Under the pieces are notes generated by a model, which ran no database searches, was not told where the DNA came from, and saw only the letters and a list, made by a program, of their open reading frames with translations. Positions 37,380-52,008 of a stretch of DNA of 64,000 bases are shown here, piece by piece. Position numbers and translations under genes: made by a program. This DNA is from Blasia pusilla. Taxonomy: Eukaryota. Every line of letters starts with the position of its first letter. Position 1 is the stretch's first letter. The stretch lies in contig CM114271.1 of NCBI GenBank assembly GCA_050084515.1, forward strand, positions 33,728,001-33,792,000, written 5' to 3'.

Positions 37380-38482
37380 CTTCAGTTCCCAAAGCAAATT
37401 CCCCAGGTTCCAGCACACAGTCAGTACATCATCTGAAAGTCTGCGCGCTTGCAAAGAAACCTCAAATAGAGAGCGCGTACTTCTACAGTAATTACGATCG
37501 CCCTTATGCCGTGTGGAATAGCATTCACCAACGCAAGTACAAGAAATGCAAGGATTGTGGCTAAGCATAGAAAATGGCAGTCCGCAACGAGCCGGACAGT
37601 ATGAAGGTCCGACGACCGTCGATAAGTAAGAGTAACACAGTCATGAGACGTTCCGACTCATTCCGTGCTTGAAGCAATGCTCTAGGCTCCGAGTTCCACG
37701 CTACCACGACGAAGGCATACAGAACTCCCGCACTTAACCCGACTGTGAACACTAGGCCACTGAGCTAAGAGTCGCGTAAAGCAGCTTGCATTGCTTTTTC
37801 CACGATGGATTGCACTCCCAACCGGCGTGCTTAACCTACTAAAATTCGTCAAGACACCACACGTGCATCCAAGCATCGACTGACCTAAAGCGCAAAACCA
37901 CAACCACGAAGGAGCGATCAAATCCAATTTCGAATCACGATACTGTTCCTCGCTCCACACATCCTACTCTTCCCATCATCCTCACCGGAATCCATGGCTC
38001 CACTTGGCACCTCCCCTCAATTGGTGCCCCTCCTTCCTCTCTTCCAATTCTCCAAAATTCGCCCTCCTCGCGAAGTTCTTTCTCCTCCCGGCGACCGTCA
38101 GTCCCTACGCCCGCGTCATCCGATCTCGCACGACGCCCCGAGTCGATCTGCCTCCCTGCGACGGACGCAATTCTCCTCACAGATCGCTGTGCTTTCAACG
38201 CACAAACCGAACCCTAGGAAGAGCTGGACGTGGAGCCCAAGGCACCATGCTCTCTCGCAGTAGCACGGAGCAATCTCTTCGGAAAGCTTCGAAGCATTCA
38301 TTCATTCATTCATTCTTTCTTTCTTTCTTTCACATCTCCATCGCGCGCACGCACGAACAGACAAGTGATCTTCTGGCACCGCAAGGCACCGCAACCCTGA
38401 CCGCGCCTAAACACGCACCGGTTAGTAACTCGGGTCATATTTGCCCTGGCTTCGAAGTAGGCGGCGGTGCACCGGCACATAA

Positions 38483-41400
38483 TTTTTTATTTTTTATTTT
38501 TTTGGAATAAAATATATATATGTAGGAAAAGGATGGGAAACCGATCACTGTACAAAAGAGGGGGCCCAAAAAATAGACCTCAAGAGGCCGGAACCTGCCC
38601 CGAGGAGAAAGATGGGTTTAGGGTTAAACCCCCCCTAACGACCAAAATCACCAACAGCAAAGACAATATCAGCAACACCTAGAGAACTATGACTACTACT
38701 AGATGGGCCTCTAGCATTGGCGTCTCCAACCGCCTGAGCCCGCCGCAGAAGCCCATTTGCCTGGGCGCGCTGCAAAGTTATGGAGACACATTGCCTACAA
38801 TAAAGGACAACCCATTTCTCGATTGGAGATGATGGGCGCAATCCGTACGGAACGAGTCAGACCTCTCCCCCATTGCCCCATACATCTGAATGGCTAGGGG
38901 GATAAATCGATGTTCGTCATGAAGTTGACTATAAATGTGGGTCTTCTTGACCGCCGCCATCGCCGCTCCTTGTAGCAGTCTCCCTTGTGCTACCACTTGG
39001 GCTCGCACCGCCTCCCCCGTAGGATCAGTCACTACAACATCCGCTACCACCACCTCAGACTCCCTCGTCATGTAGAGATCAGCACGGATAAGGGAATCTC
39101 GCATGGAGTAGTGCCTCTCTCTTTGTACATGGAATCCACTCTCCCGAGCAATAGATAACATAATATCCCGCATTACATCGTGAGTGGCTATCCTCTCACC
39201 CCCCACTGGGCACCGTGCCAAATGCACACCAAGTGGATCCAGACTCCGGCGACACTCGCAATGTGTCAAACCAACCACCGTTGGTTGGGGTAGGGCCAGT
39301 CGGAACCTCATCGTTGTAGTGTAGGTAAGTGGTGCGATGCGGAAAGCCAGGATGAGGGGACGAGCCCCCACCCATGAGCCTGCCCCCTTTCCGAAGCAAG
39401 AGCGAATACGGGCCCGAACCTCCATGGGGATATTCCCGTCCGACATAGCAGCTCTAAACAATGCATCAAAGTGAGCTTCCATCAAAGAAGATTGGAGCCC
39501 AGACTGTCCGGAGATAACTAGGGAAGAGAAAGCGGGAAGAACTGCTCTAGCCTCAACAAGAAGGGAGTCTCTACAAGCTGTGAGTGAAGACTGAAGTGGG
39601 AAAAGACCATCCTCAACGTGGGAAACATATTGTAAAAGTAGCGGTCTATCCCTAACCAAAAATCAGGAACAAAGGAGGGGTGCTACACTGGCCCAACTCC
39701 CTAAAAAGGCTGAAGACGCCACTTCTCAGTCACTATGAGACCTACTCCACCAAAGGCAATCGGCCAAGAAGCTTGTCTACAAGCTAACTCCCCCGCGGGG
39801 CACTCTAATGAGCCGGGTCCTAGAAGATCCTCAAACGCCTGCATAATCTTTCTATCAAAGGATCTATACAAGGAAGAAATATAGCTAGTCGCCCACACGA
39901 TTCTACACAGATAACCAGGTCTACGGGCAAAACATGACGAGAGGATTCCATAAGCTACTTGAGGGTCACCAATCCTCGTGAGATAGACGACATGAAGAAG
40001 ATCCTCGGTAAGAGCCGCCGCCACAAAACTCGATACAAAGTCCTGGCTCCCGAGTGGGACTCCCAAGACGCAAAGCCCTCCAAAGCGGTGTCAAAAAACC
40101 GTCGGATAAATGAATATCCGCTGACAAGCCTAATGAAGACCAAGCCTTGCACTTTCCCACCTTCACCGCCAGGCCGACGTGTGCCAACTGTGCTGAAACG
40201 TGCTGAAATGCAGGAACAACCAAGTCTCCAGGGCCGACAATGTGAGTATCATCTGCCAACGAAGGGAAAATCCAACTCGGGAAAGTCTCCATCGTAGAAA
40301 GAACCGCTCGATAATGAGCCAAAGCAAACAATGCACCACCCAAGGGATCCTCGACGCCCCGTCCGTGTGAGACTCCAAGACCGTGACCTCCTCCTCGAAC
40401 CTACCGTGGTGAAAATAGAGAGCCGAGGGGGCCCCATAAAAAGCATGCACGAAGGGAATCAGGCTCGCTATGGGACCCCCTGCATCTCTCAGCTCCGTGA
40501 AGATAGCTGCCCGAGACACTCAGTTAAAGGCGTTCTCCACATCAACTTGGAGAACCACCCTCTCAGGATGTATATCTAAACAAGCCCTCAAACCTAAGGC
40601 TACAGCCTCACAACCGGCTGGCGTGGCAACTCCTAACTGGTGCGGACTCAGATGTGACTGGAAAGCCTCACGGAACTACAAAGCGAAAGTGTGACTCACC
40701 AACCGCAAGAGCACCTCCCCTATGGCAATCGGACGGATCCCTCCACCCTCCTTCGATAACGCCAAAAGTCACCCCGCCCCCAATACCTGGGCTACTGCTG
40801 TTGGCACTCTCCCCTGAGCTAGGTGAGAGGCAACCTGAAGCAACTCGGAAAAGCCGCAAGTAGAGTCCTCGGAGGGAAAGCAATCACAAAGGTGTTCGTA
40901 CATCATACCGGACAACACTCCAACTGCTATCCTAGGGGAACACCCGAGTGCCCGTGCAAAGAGGGAAGGGTCTAGGCATAAGGTCGTGTCATGATGGAAG
41001 TCACGTACAAATGTTGGGATGTCAACCAGTGGACGAGGGTGTAGCCTCCGGAGGGCGTCGATGGTAACAGTGGAAGGAGGAGCCATATCCATGGGGCGGA
41101 GCGCACGAGCCGCTCACGAGTACTCCCCGGCTCGCCCAAGTCTCCTACATCGTCGCAATCTGGCAGCTACAAGATCATCTGCTGGGAAACCATGTGGAGT
41201 GCTATCTCTCGCATATGCCATGAACTCGCTCTGCAGAGACTCCCAATCACCTCCTCGGAAGCGCCGCAATCGGGCCACAACCTCTCTATGGCCAGCCTTC
41301 CCTCCTTGGGTATAGCGAAGACACCATCGTGGAAGGAGAAGTAGTAGATACCACGAGAGCTCATCCATACGATCAAGTGCGATCCTAGATAAGGGAAGGA

Positions 41401-42230
41401 TGAAAGACTGGAAAAGCTCATCCCAAATAGCATGGGGGATCCTATGAAACAACCTCGGGCAGGGAAAACGGGTCTCAAAGAGACTTGTGATGCTGCCAAG
41501 GTGGGACCTCAACCACTCTCATGCCTCGGGAGGGGGTGATGATGCATGAAGCACCGGTGAGCATCCATGATCAACTGGAGGAAGCACCCATCCGAATCTA
41601 TCAAAGTCAGGATGTTTAGCCGCTAAATGGTTCCGAATTCCTGAACGAGTGAAGAATTCAAGACAACAAAGGCATTTCATATCCCGGCTAGACGACCCAC
41701 AAGCCCCTACACAAGAGGCCGATGCGGGTCGAGGCATGGACATCTCTCACCAAGAAGAGAACATGACCCCCTCCGTCAAACTCGAGAGACAAACCCCACC
41801 AAAATCTGCCCCACAATCCCCATTCGAACTAGCCCTAATGGTAACCGACTCTCTTCCCGTCCACGGGAAATGCTCTCCCTAGTATGAACTCTCATCTACC
41901 ATCTTCACCTATGACATATGGCCCAACCCCTTCCCCAAATAATGTAGAGATAGTATGGAGGTACTAGTGATATGGAAAAAGAATAGATGGAAAAAATAGA
42001 TGGGAATAGAGTGGGATAAGGGAGAAAAACATGGGTCAAACGTGAACGAGGAACGTGTGTGGCTACAGAATAAGGACATAGAGAAAAAAAATTTAAAAAA
42101 AGGTGGTGTGGAATAACAACATGAGTTGTCTTGGAAACATTCAAAGCATTACAACAAAACGAGACAACAAAGAGGACCCTAATACCTACATGAGAAACCC
42201 TAAAACAACAAAAGTCTAAAAAAAAAAAAA
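38483..42230 (-). mobile_element. CRE-like non-LTR retrotransposon with restriction-like endonuclease (RLE), degenerate
   Basis: N-terminal C2H2 CLCCLEFFTRSGIRNHLAAKH (~41615-41675); RT (QFGVATPAGCEAV, VDVENAFN, SLADDTHIVG, GVPLGS); CCHC CECRRSLDPLGVHLARC; RLE motifs HD, RADL, DVVV, KKTHIY, FIPLAIQMYG; A-rich tail at ~38483-38502. The 5' boundary is approximate. Confidence 0.85.
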
Positions 42231-43199
42231 TTTGAAAAATACTTCACTAGAAGATTTACGCTACGGATCAAAACGTAGAGGAAGTCGATATCTCCATTTT
42301 GATATAACACTCGACCCCCCTCGATCAGTCTTCTTCCCATCCCCGCCGCCATCCCGTAGAACTCCGCCGCGCCCTCCTCTGAGCTCCCGCCGCGCCCTCC
42401 GTCTCTCGATCTTGCTTGATAGGGCGTCTGATACTATGGCCATAAGGCCGGACATTCAGTTCCGTAAGGTTCTTTACGTCCGTCTTCCACAACGGGGTAA
42501 CGTCGGAGGTGGACGCGCAACGAATGTGGAGTGTGGAGGTTGCACTTGCAATGAATGAGATGAGACGCCCGATACATGCGATCCACTAAAAATAAGACGT
42601 AAAAGTCCTCCATCCTTCTTTTAGAGCCAAGCCACCATCCGACGTCGCAACCCTAACGGACCCTAGAATGAGACGCCCTAATGTCTCGTCCGTCCGTGTG
42701 ACTGTACGTCCGTCCGTCCGTCGCTCGCTCGCTTGGTGGGTGGGTCTGGCGGATGGTCGGATTACGGGACGGATGACCGACAAGAGTGGAAAAGTTGGGC
42801 GACGGGTTGTGTGGGACCATCCCGCGTATGTTTCTTTTTCAAGGGCGCGTCAAAGGGATTCTATATAGGGCGTTCAACAAATATCGTAAAATGTTTGAGG
42901 GGATTTTGAGTGAGAAAGTGGTGGGATTTAGGGGGTCCCCATCCTCCATTGTGGGAATGATGTATGCACCCCATAGATCCATGAGATACCCCTCACAACC
43001 ACTACAACTCTTGGCGGCTAATAAGGTGTATGGATCGATGATGATCTTAAATTTCACCTACTCGGACTAGTGGCAATAGAAAGTAGAGTAGATTATCATG
43101 TTCAAGTTTAGGAAAGAAGAACAAGTTGTAGATAGTAGTTGAGGCGTAGTGTAGTCCAATAGCTTTGAGTGAGACAACATTTTATTGATATAGCTAGAT

Positions 43200-44330
43200 T
43201 CTTACTATAAATTAATAATATTTAATGTAAGCTCGCGTGATGCACAGGTTTAAATTACCTCCCATAATTAACTTTCAAAATTTTCAAATGTCATTTTAAA
43301 TCATTTTTTAACAATCCTATTGGCTCATAAGGCGAGCGATCTTATTGGCTAAAAATGCCAAAAATCAAGAGGAGAGGAAAAATGGTTGTACATACTAATC
43401 TCTTTACGGATCTATATGATTTGATTGGAACTAGAAGTTTTGAAATAGGCTAGTTGCAAAATGAAGAGGCATATTCCAATATAGATATATATTTGTGGAT
43501 TAGAATATGAAACTCTCCAATCTGTATCTCATACGAAATCTTTTTTTAAAATATATATTCCTTTTCACTCTTGGTATACAATAACATATCATAAGAGTAA
43601 AGGATGAATACTAGCAAGAAAATACTATCAAATTATCCTAATTAAATCTTGCTAAGAATTAGTATCAATACACACACTCCATTCTAAACATTGTTTCCCA
43701 TTCATCAACATCCGTTTATACATTACAAAAAACAAACAACTTTTCCATTTTCTTCTTCCACTGCTTATTCAAACATCAAGCATATCAACAAGAAGAAAAT
43801 CATTTTGTCTTTAAGCTAGAAGAAGTGCATACAACGCGTTCCTAAGAGGTAAAAAATTTATCCACATTCAAGTATCATTTCATACCTTGTAAGTATAAGT
43901 TTCATTATTGATTGCATATCTTTCAATTGAGTGTATTTTGTATACCTATAGTGAATTGGAGTAATTTATAGGCTACACGTCCATGTTTTTGCAAAAATGA
44001 CTCTTCACTTTTCCTTCATATCGAAATAGAATTTCTAATTCCTTCATACACATTACTTCTCCATTTTCTTCCTCCTCTACCAATTCAAAAAACAAGCATA
44101 TCAAGAATGAGCGATTCATTGTATCGCCAATCACAAAGAAGTGCACTTAGATAATTCATGTCGTGTAAAAAGTTCTCCATATTGAAGTGCCCTTTATCCA
44201 TTGCATTGTCATTTCATATCTTATGACTATAAGTTTCATTATTAGTTGCATGACTTTCAATCGAGTGAATTTTGTATCCTTGGGGGAAATTGGAGCGATG
44301 TGCATAGTGCATGTGTGTACAACGCACTAG
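43200..44330 (+). mobile_element. Putative non-autonomous Helitron with an internal ~320-bp duplication
   Basis: Starts TCTTACTATAAATTAATA and ends with a GTGCA-containing hairpin remnant then CTAG|T. Diverged direct repeat at ~43740-43960 and ~44057-44295. Confidence 0.45.
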
Positions 44331-45489
44331 TTTTCGAGAATTTTTGCATGGTTAAAGGCAATTGCCTTATTTTGTGACAAAATTAACATTTATTGTCAAA
44401 TATTTATCAATCATATATCATAGCTCCTTATTTCTCTTTTACAATCACTCTTCTTTATATATAGTACGTGATTTGGTATTGGTTCATAAGCAATGATGCA
44501 CTCATTACTCCATATTTGGCATCAACGTGATACATTCTAACAAGATAGTGTTTGATCTCCTTGTAAACTTAATATTCATGGCTATGATCAACATAGATCA
44601 CCATGATAATAGTTTGATATGTACTTTTTTTATTCTCCATACAAAATATACATGATTTCTTGAATATATGTCATTATTAATTCATAAAAAATTATGTTCA
44701 AGTTCTATGGTTTAGGATTTTTTTTATTGAAATTTTATTGTAGGACTTCTCTATTAAGGATTTAAGGATAATTGGCTATTATTGGGATGTGTGCTTAATA
44801 ATTATTTCTATTAAACACACATCCCATTATCCAGCATTGTTTCTAATTTTTCCTATTAATTTTTTTAATCCACTTTTTTGGTATATTTTGAGGTATTTAA
44901 CAAGCCTCCATGACGAAATTGGTGGTTAACGCTTTCATGCTGTGTAACATAGGCATGCTTTCTTTTCTTTTAGGGTTATATAGTATGCTTTTTCTTTCCT
45001 ATTTTCCATTTCCGAAAGTAGGGATGGCTTGAATTTATCAGGTTTTTTATTTGAATTCTAATTTTCAGTTTCCACATATCTCCCTTACTTGCATTTTCTC
45101 CATTATCTTTGATGGCTCATTATTTAGGGTCAATTTTTTTTACAAATTTTTATTGCTTTTATAGTTCCCCATATGGGAGTAAGGTTTAGTGCCTCACTTT
45201 ATTGCATTTCTATTTTGAAATAAAACTATGGGTTTTAATTTCTTACTTTTTAGGGTTTATGGAAATTTTGCATTTACAATTTTTCATGTTTGGGTTTATT
45301 AAAAATATACAACTTACAACTAAATTCAACATAGATCGCAATAGATTTTTAGGGTTTAGGTTTTTGTATTTAACGCTTTAGGATTTTAAAAAATTGGCAC
45401 TTGTTAGCACTGCAGTGAATGAGGGGAAATGCAAGGAATGGTCTCTATTAGGATAACCTTTGACTTTCATTTTCCATCATATTTCAAGA

Positions 45490-46040
45490 AAGTCAAAGGA
45501 TAACCCTTTGACTTTCTTGACATATGATGGAGGTGTTTGTGTCTTGGGGATTTCGGTTGGGAGACATAATTTTGTTTCGAGTTTAATTACCACAAGACTT
45601 ATAGAGGATCTGCTTCGCGTCGACTACTTCACGAGGATTGGTGATCCTCAAGCTGCTTCCCTGTCGTCTTGCATTGTTAGATGATCTCCGTATCTCATTA
45701 GTGTTGGAAGGTCTTCTAGGTATGGTTCCATAGAGGATCCGATGGGCGATCCAGCCTATAAATAATCTTTGGTAGAGTAGGTCCTTTTCCAACTTGATTA
45801 GGGACCCCTTCAACTTTTTAGGTAGTTCATCCCACTGGAGCATCCCTTCTTTACTCTCGATTCGTTTTTAGGGATAGACTCCTCCCGCAATAATTTATGT
45901 CTTTAAGTCTGACTCCCTTCCCCTACAATCTTTCCACACAAATAGAGATTCCCTTCTAGATGAGGCTGAGCAAGTCTCCCATCTTTCTCCTCTTCAGTTA
46001 TCTTTGATCATCTTACTTCCAGTTTTTGCAACTATCCCCA
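45490..46040 (+). mobile_element. Older fragment of the same CRE-like family
   Basis: GISVGRHNFVSSLITTRLIEDLLRVDYFTRIGDPQAA aligns with GVPLGSQDFVSSFVAAALTEDLLHVVYLTRIGDPQVA at ~40066-39955 (minus). Confidence 0.75.
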
Positions 46041-47662
46041 AGGACATTTGCAGCCACTAAAGACCTAATGGAACAAACATCATCCCCTCACACAGCATGA
46101 TTTTATTGGAGAGATTAGTGAAGAAAAGCCTGATTAATTCAACACATCTTGAATGAGGTGATCAAACCACCCGAGACTGAAATACTGTTGATAAAGCATC
46201 TTCAAGGATAACAAGTCTGGGAAGAAGAGGACTGGATGAGCAGCAACAATGTCCAGCTACAGAATGTACACTGGAACATGACTAAATAGGAACTTTTGAT
46301 TCTTGAACAACATCTGCAATGTCGCTTCAGGGACTGCCAGAGCACATACCTACAATGTTCCTAGTTATCCTTCTGAAATCCTACCTTAGGCTGAAGCAAT
46401 TGGCCCACCTTTACTACTCCTTCCATAGGTGAGAGGATAATGAACTGAAATGAGGTCTTTACATTCAAATTGAGACTGCGGCCAACTCCTACCTGTCCTT
46501 CCCTTTCTCCAACAAGTAATTAGAAACGGAGGATGGTATCGAATAGAAACTTTGTGGCCATTTGCCAAGAAGGGGGGGGAGGGGGGGGGGGGAATATAAT
46601 GAGACAAAAAGTCCCCATATCAATGAGACTATCTAATCGAAGTAGGCACAGCCTTTCTACTCTTTCAATCAGTTCCAAGGGTATGCTTGCAGATCTTCAA
46701 AAAAGACCATTCACAAACTTTTACTATTATGTACTCTTCACTGGCACGCTTCAGTACAGACAACTTTGCCCTACCAATAGGGGGAGAACAGTGGAAACCA
46801 GTCATTCTGATGTACAGTAGAGCTTGACTAAGTTGCCTATTTCTTAGCAACAGAACTCAAAAATCAACAATTATTTCCCCTCTCATCTTCAGAACTGATA
46901 TAAGGAATAAAACTTTCGAAGGTGCAACTTCCTGGCTTTGTAGACCTCCAAAATCCAGATCTGACCTGTGTGTCCTCTGTCAGCCACTTCTGAGATCAAA
47001 AGGAGTTTCACAAGAATCCAAATGCAACCACAGCAACTCACGTCTTGAAAGCCGGGTGGGATACACACTTTGTCATAGGCTTCTTCACAAAAGGTAAACA
47101 AGCTGCTTTTCTGTTCGAAAGTCATGTGGACCATAGCCACAGTTCACAATCTGGAAAGTGGAACATACATTGTATCATTTTCATAAGCATACAAGCTGCC
47201 AGTCAAACTGCCCTTCTTACTCAAAGTCTATATTATAAAGTTCATCAAAACAAAATGGCTCATCCCTGCTCCTTCTTTAATATACACTTCTCCAGCAATC
47301 CTTGTTGAGATCATTATCCATGCATAAGGTATTTGGATGTGTTTCACACAGACAAACAGAACAGCAGATTCTTGCAAATTTAAATATAACGCTTTGACAC
47401 TAACAAGGACAAAGCATGCTCGCAAGAAACAACAATGAGACCACAAGTTGCCTGCATTGCAGGTAATCTTCTCCAGGAGGACTTCAATTTCTGGTGAATT
47501 GACTGGCCTAGGTCGGAAAAAAGAGTGAACTGGATACTTCCGAGTAGAAACCTGGGCAAAGTCATCAGATGTCATCAAAAGTTCAAGACTGGACTAGCCT
47601 AGCTTAACCAAAGCAACTATGAGCCCTAGTATAGGGTCCGAAGCGAGGTGAACATACCTCAA

Positions 47663-50600
47663 TTATCTACCTCTTGATTTCAAGGTGTCACTGAGCCTGC
47701 GATCACAATGACGACAGACCAATTTCAGATCTAGGTTTGAAGAACAATCGCAGAGCCACACAGCTCTTTGAAAGTCCATGGAATAAATCCAGGAATCCTA
47801 CATTGTACAAAAAACCATAGAGTCCCAATTTTACACAAAAAACCAAAACGTCCACCATTGCCTCCGGAATTTAACTACTAAAGAAATGCAGAAATCAAAC
47901 ACCATGCTTCAACAGAGATGGCACATCGCGATTCTGATTGCCCAGAATTAGTACACATGATCCATCGAACGTTGGTAAGAACACATAGACATTCTTGAAT
48001 AGTTCTATACAAGCACCAAACAAAATCAAAGAAAACTTCATAGGACACTCAAATTATCAAAAGTAGGTCAACTGAATCAATCCAAACAGATAAATAAATC
48101 AACCTTATCATCAGGTTCAACACATTTCAGTGTCCGGCAGGGGAAAGTACCAGGTAGGGTTTACATTTCAGGATGTACATATATCCGACGAAAAACAGAC
48201 ATACTTTTGTATGTTTAATCATGAATTTGAAACCTCGACATCATCCATCTAATGGAAACCAGCCAATCCCAGAATGACAGAACTTACCAATCCAAGCCCT
48301 CGAATAGGCCATCACCCTTTATAGCTGAAGTCTTAAAAATAGCCCACTGCCTATTCTTAATTTTGTGCAAATTTAGAGCCTCTGTCACAGATGCATCATC
48401 AAGTGCTCCAGGCAGGTCCTGCCACATATGATGAACTAGATTAGTCACACCTACAATGATTCAGAGTGCCTTACAGCAAAGCACCCAAAAGAAGTGCTCC
48501 ATGTTCGATAAAATGCTCAGTGTGTATCCCGAGACAGAAACCAAGCAAATAAATTCACCGCAAACTCATGAGAAGGTATTCACCTGTTTGTTCGCATATA
48601 TGAGAACCACAGAATCTTTCAGCTCCTCCTCCTGAACATCTCGGATTTGCAGAACAGTTTTGCTCGATGAGTCAAACATGGGCAGAATAGCAATTGTTGA
48701 CAAGAAAAATAACCACATTTATACTTCTCAAATCAACAGCGTTAATGAGCTCCCTTTAGAATCCAAAAAAATTTGAGGCTGCCTTGCCAACACAAAAAAT
48801 ACCTCTAAAATGGCATGAAACTCTTCCTTGGCTATGGCCATCCTCTCCGTGTCACTTGAATCTACAACATAAATAACTGCCTGTGTATTGGGGAAATAAC
48901 ATCTCCAGTACGGCCTGCATACACATTCCACTCAGCTTCAAGCATACTTTTCATATATTGGACATATTTTGACTGAGAGCCTACTTAAATATGCTACACT
49001 AACTGCAGTCTTTGATCTTAAAGACATAATTGTTCTTGGGGGAATGTCCAGTTCATTAGAAACCTCCTTCAAGGCTAAATCTATCAAATATTAGAAGTAT
49101 AGAAACATGGCACATCACTCAAATACCGATTGAAAATGATGAACTATGAGCCAACCCTAACTCTTGGCATTTTACATAAGGCATTGAAATCTCCACAACA
49201 TTCCGGTTCATAAGTACCTTATGCTGGTTTGACCGCCTGCATAGATGGATGAAAAATCCATGTAATCGCCCATGTGGAACACCAAACAAGGAGAAAAATG
49301 AGAGTATATTGGATGAACTGCGAAGAGTGTGCCTAGATGAACTGTAATTCATGGACCCCAACACATGGATTTAACTGCTGTCATAGTTTGGTGACTAGTA
49401 GGTCCCCATGGACATCATGGATCTAATTGATATGATTCATGGAAGGTGTGTCTTGGAGACTCCATACATCCAGCAGAGGGCTGGGTCAAACACTTGTAAA
49501 GCAGGCTGGGAAAATAATCTTGGTGCCTGTTTAGGGTTGAACAGAAAACAGGCACCAAGATGGCTCAGAAGAGGCATTTACAGATAAGCCAAGTCATAGA
49601 TGAAACCCAATGCCACACACGAAGATAATGAGGGATGTATCCTACCAAGGTCCCACACTTGAAACTTTATATTGTTGTACTGTACTGTCTCCACATTAAA
49701 GCCGATAGCTGCCACATTTAAGAGCATCAAATATCACCTGTCAGCAAGGACTCACATTTGAAGAGAGAAAAATTGCTCCCCCTCCTCCAAATCAAAGCTC
49801 CTCTAGATTTTGGTTAGAATATAGATTTCAAGAGTTATGGACCATACATGAAGATAAAAGTTGGTCGACTGCTTTTCCAAGACTCGAATTTGCAGAGAAC
49901 CCCAAACCCTATTGCCAATGTAGTGAAAAAGACTAACTGGGCTAATTTTAGATCTTTATTAAGATACAAACAAAGAAAAATCACCACCGCATCCACATGC
50001 AGGGATCTGTCAGACACAGTCTTATCTTGTTTTATGAGAATCTATACTATTGACATGCAGTTACTGATGCCACCAATTATTCACTGTGTGGACTCACTGA
50101 GGCCTGTTCATGCCGCAGTCTTCCTTGACTACGCCTGCAATATTCTTACAGCCATAAGCCCCACACTCTGGATGTACGTTGTGCGAAGGTGACAGTGAAT
50201 TATTTTGTTTGGAAAACTACAGGTAAAGTACACTTGTCTGTGTTTTCAAGGATTCATTTAGAAGATTTTGAGGAAAATCTGACAAGTTTTGTTTCAATAC
50301 AGAAGCTACAATAGTAGAAACGCATCCATTTTGCATCTCTACTTAGAATATTAATCCACAATACAACAGGAAATTCACAGTGATGACCAGTCTCCTGAGC
50401 TCTACTTCACCAAAAGGCTTCTTGCATTGCAGAGGTGGAGGGATTTCTAAGCCACTCCAGGTGTAGGGTTGGGATGATCACTTTGTTTACACTAGAGTGA
50501 AGTAGCAGCAGACAGAGAGGAACCAAGAGCCAGAATTGCGCCCTCTTTTCAAGAGACACACACTACCTGGAATAAACCTTTCCATATCGGCACAGAAAGT

Positions 50601-52008
50601 ACATGCAAGGACTTGTGACTATCTCTGAGGATTCCGTGGTGGAGTTCTTCATGGCTAAAACTTGGTAAGTGGGGTTCAGAGTCCTTCACTTGATCTAATG
50701 TCAAAGAGAATGACATGGCAGGGACATGAAATTTGGAGTGGGAGATTAATTCTCCACAAGGACGAGAATTCGAAGTTCGTGTTTGAGGTCTCGTGTACAG
50801 GGTTTCAGTTCACAGCACAACAAAGAACAAAGACTCAGGGATGAATTCTCCACTGGGACGAGAATGCGAAGCTCACATGTGCGGTCTTGTGCACAGGATT
50901 TCAGTTCGCAGCACAACAAACACAAGGTTATTAAAGGTCCAGTTGAACTTCTACAGGTGAATTCGAAGGGTCGGAGATATAATTACTACCAATAGAGTAG
51001 ACGCAAATCAACTAATACAAATGAAAGCTTGCTCTGGTCTTGCAAACACAGACATTGCAACCTGAGTTGAGCAAAGAAATGTTAGCGGGACAGAGTCCTT
51101 AACATCGCTCATAAAACCTATCAACAAAACCGCCTACTCCAACAGGTGGTAGTCCTTATAAATTCACCAGTATAACGCTCCACAGAAAGATAAGTAATAC
51201 AAGAATATTCGAGGAAAAGAAGAAACAAGGAAACGAAAGAAGGAAGGGAACAATGATGAAAGAGACAGAGAGACGGGGGAGGGAAAGTTACTTGGTATTG
51301 TTGCCACCACTTCTCCAACCTGCAATCGATCTGCATGACTCAATTAAGAAAGAACCTCGTCCTTTTCTTCTTCATTGTGTTTAAACTGATGAGATTTTGA
51401 GGAGATTTTCTTTCAACCTTTTTCGCTTGAGCAAGGCTAAGCTAAGTCGATTATTTTCTCATGTTTACATGACCCACAATCCAAAATCACAAGACTAAAC
51501 CAAGTCGTTTCTTGCCACTTTTTTCAACGATATCTGAGACATGCTCCCCAAGCAATTTACACATTTGAATACATCAGCTCAATTGAGTGAATCAATCCTA
51601 GGGGACAAACAGTTTGACCAGAACTGACCCAATAATACAATCAAATTATACAATATTTTTATAGGCAGGCGTCAAATCTTTATTTGGCATGTCCACGCGC
51701 TAACCCGAGCCGTTAGACTTCAATACTCGTCGAATTTGAGACTCGTGTTCCGGATCACAGCCAGAGGATTTAGATCGAATGGTTGCTGCTTCAGCATTTC
51801 CCCGGGCTTTTAATAATCTGCAACACTGACACAATTTCAAGAGAAAAAAACGATACAACGACCAACTTGCATTGGCAGAAGCATGAGGCATTCATGGTAG
51901 GATACACAGTATGGTCGTCTTTCCCGCGTTATCAAGCCCTAACACGAGAATCCGGGCCTCCTTGTCCCCAAATACTTGTGAAAACAACCTCGACAGAAAC
52001 ATCCCCAT
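47663..52008 (-). CDS. ARL1: ADP-ribosylation factor-like GTPase 1, 182 aa. Exons 52008-51906, 51330-51292, 49708-49646, 49236-49218, 48914-48803, 48631-48584, 48418-48288, 47696-47663
   Basis: [43 protein letters not shown]...WDLGGQTSIRPYWRCY...ANKQD...TSAIKG...[11 protein letters not shown]. 549 nt, all introns GT-AG, including a 19-nt micro-exon. Confidence 0.96.
50749..50920. repeat. Two-copy tandem duplication (~95-bp period) in ARL1 intron 2
   Basis: ATTCTCCAC..GGACGAGAAT.CGAAG...TTTCAGTTC.CAGCACAACAAA occurs twice. Confidence 0.8.

Noticed and set aside
44960-45390. Interstitial telomere array
   Set aside because: Only scattered single TTTAGGG units in AT-rich DNA, not a tandem array.
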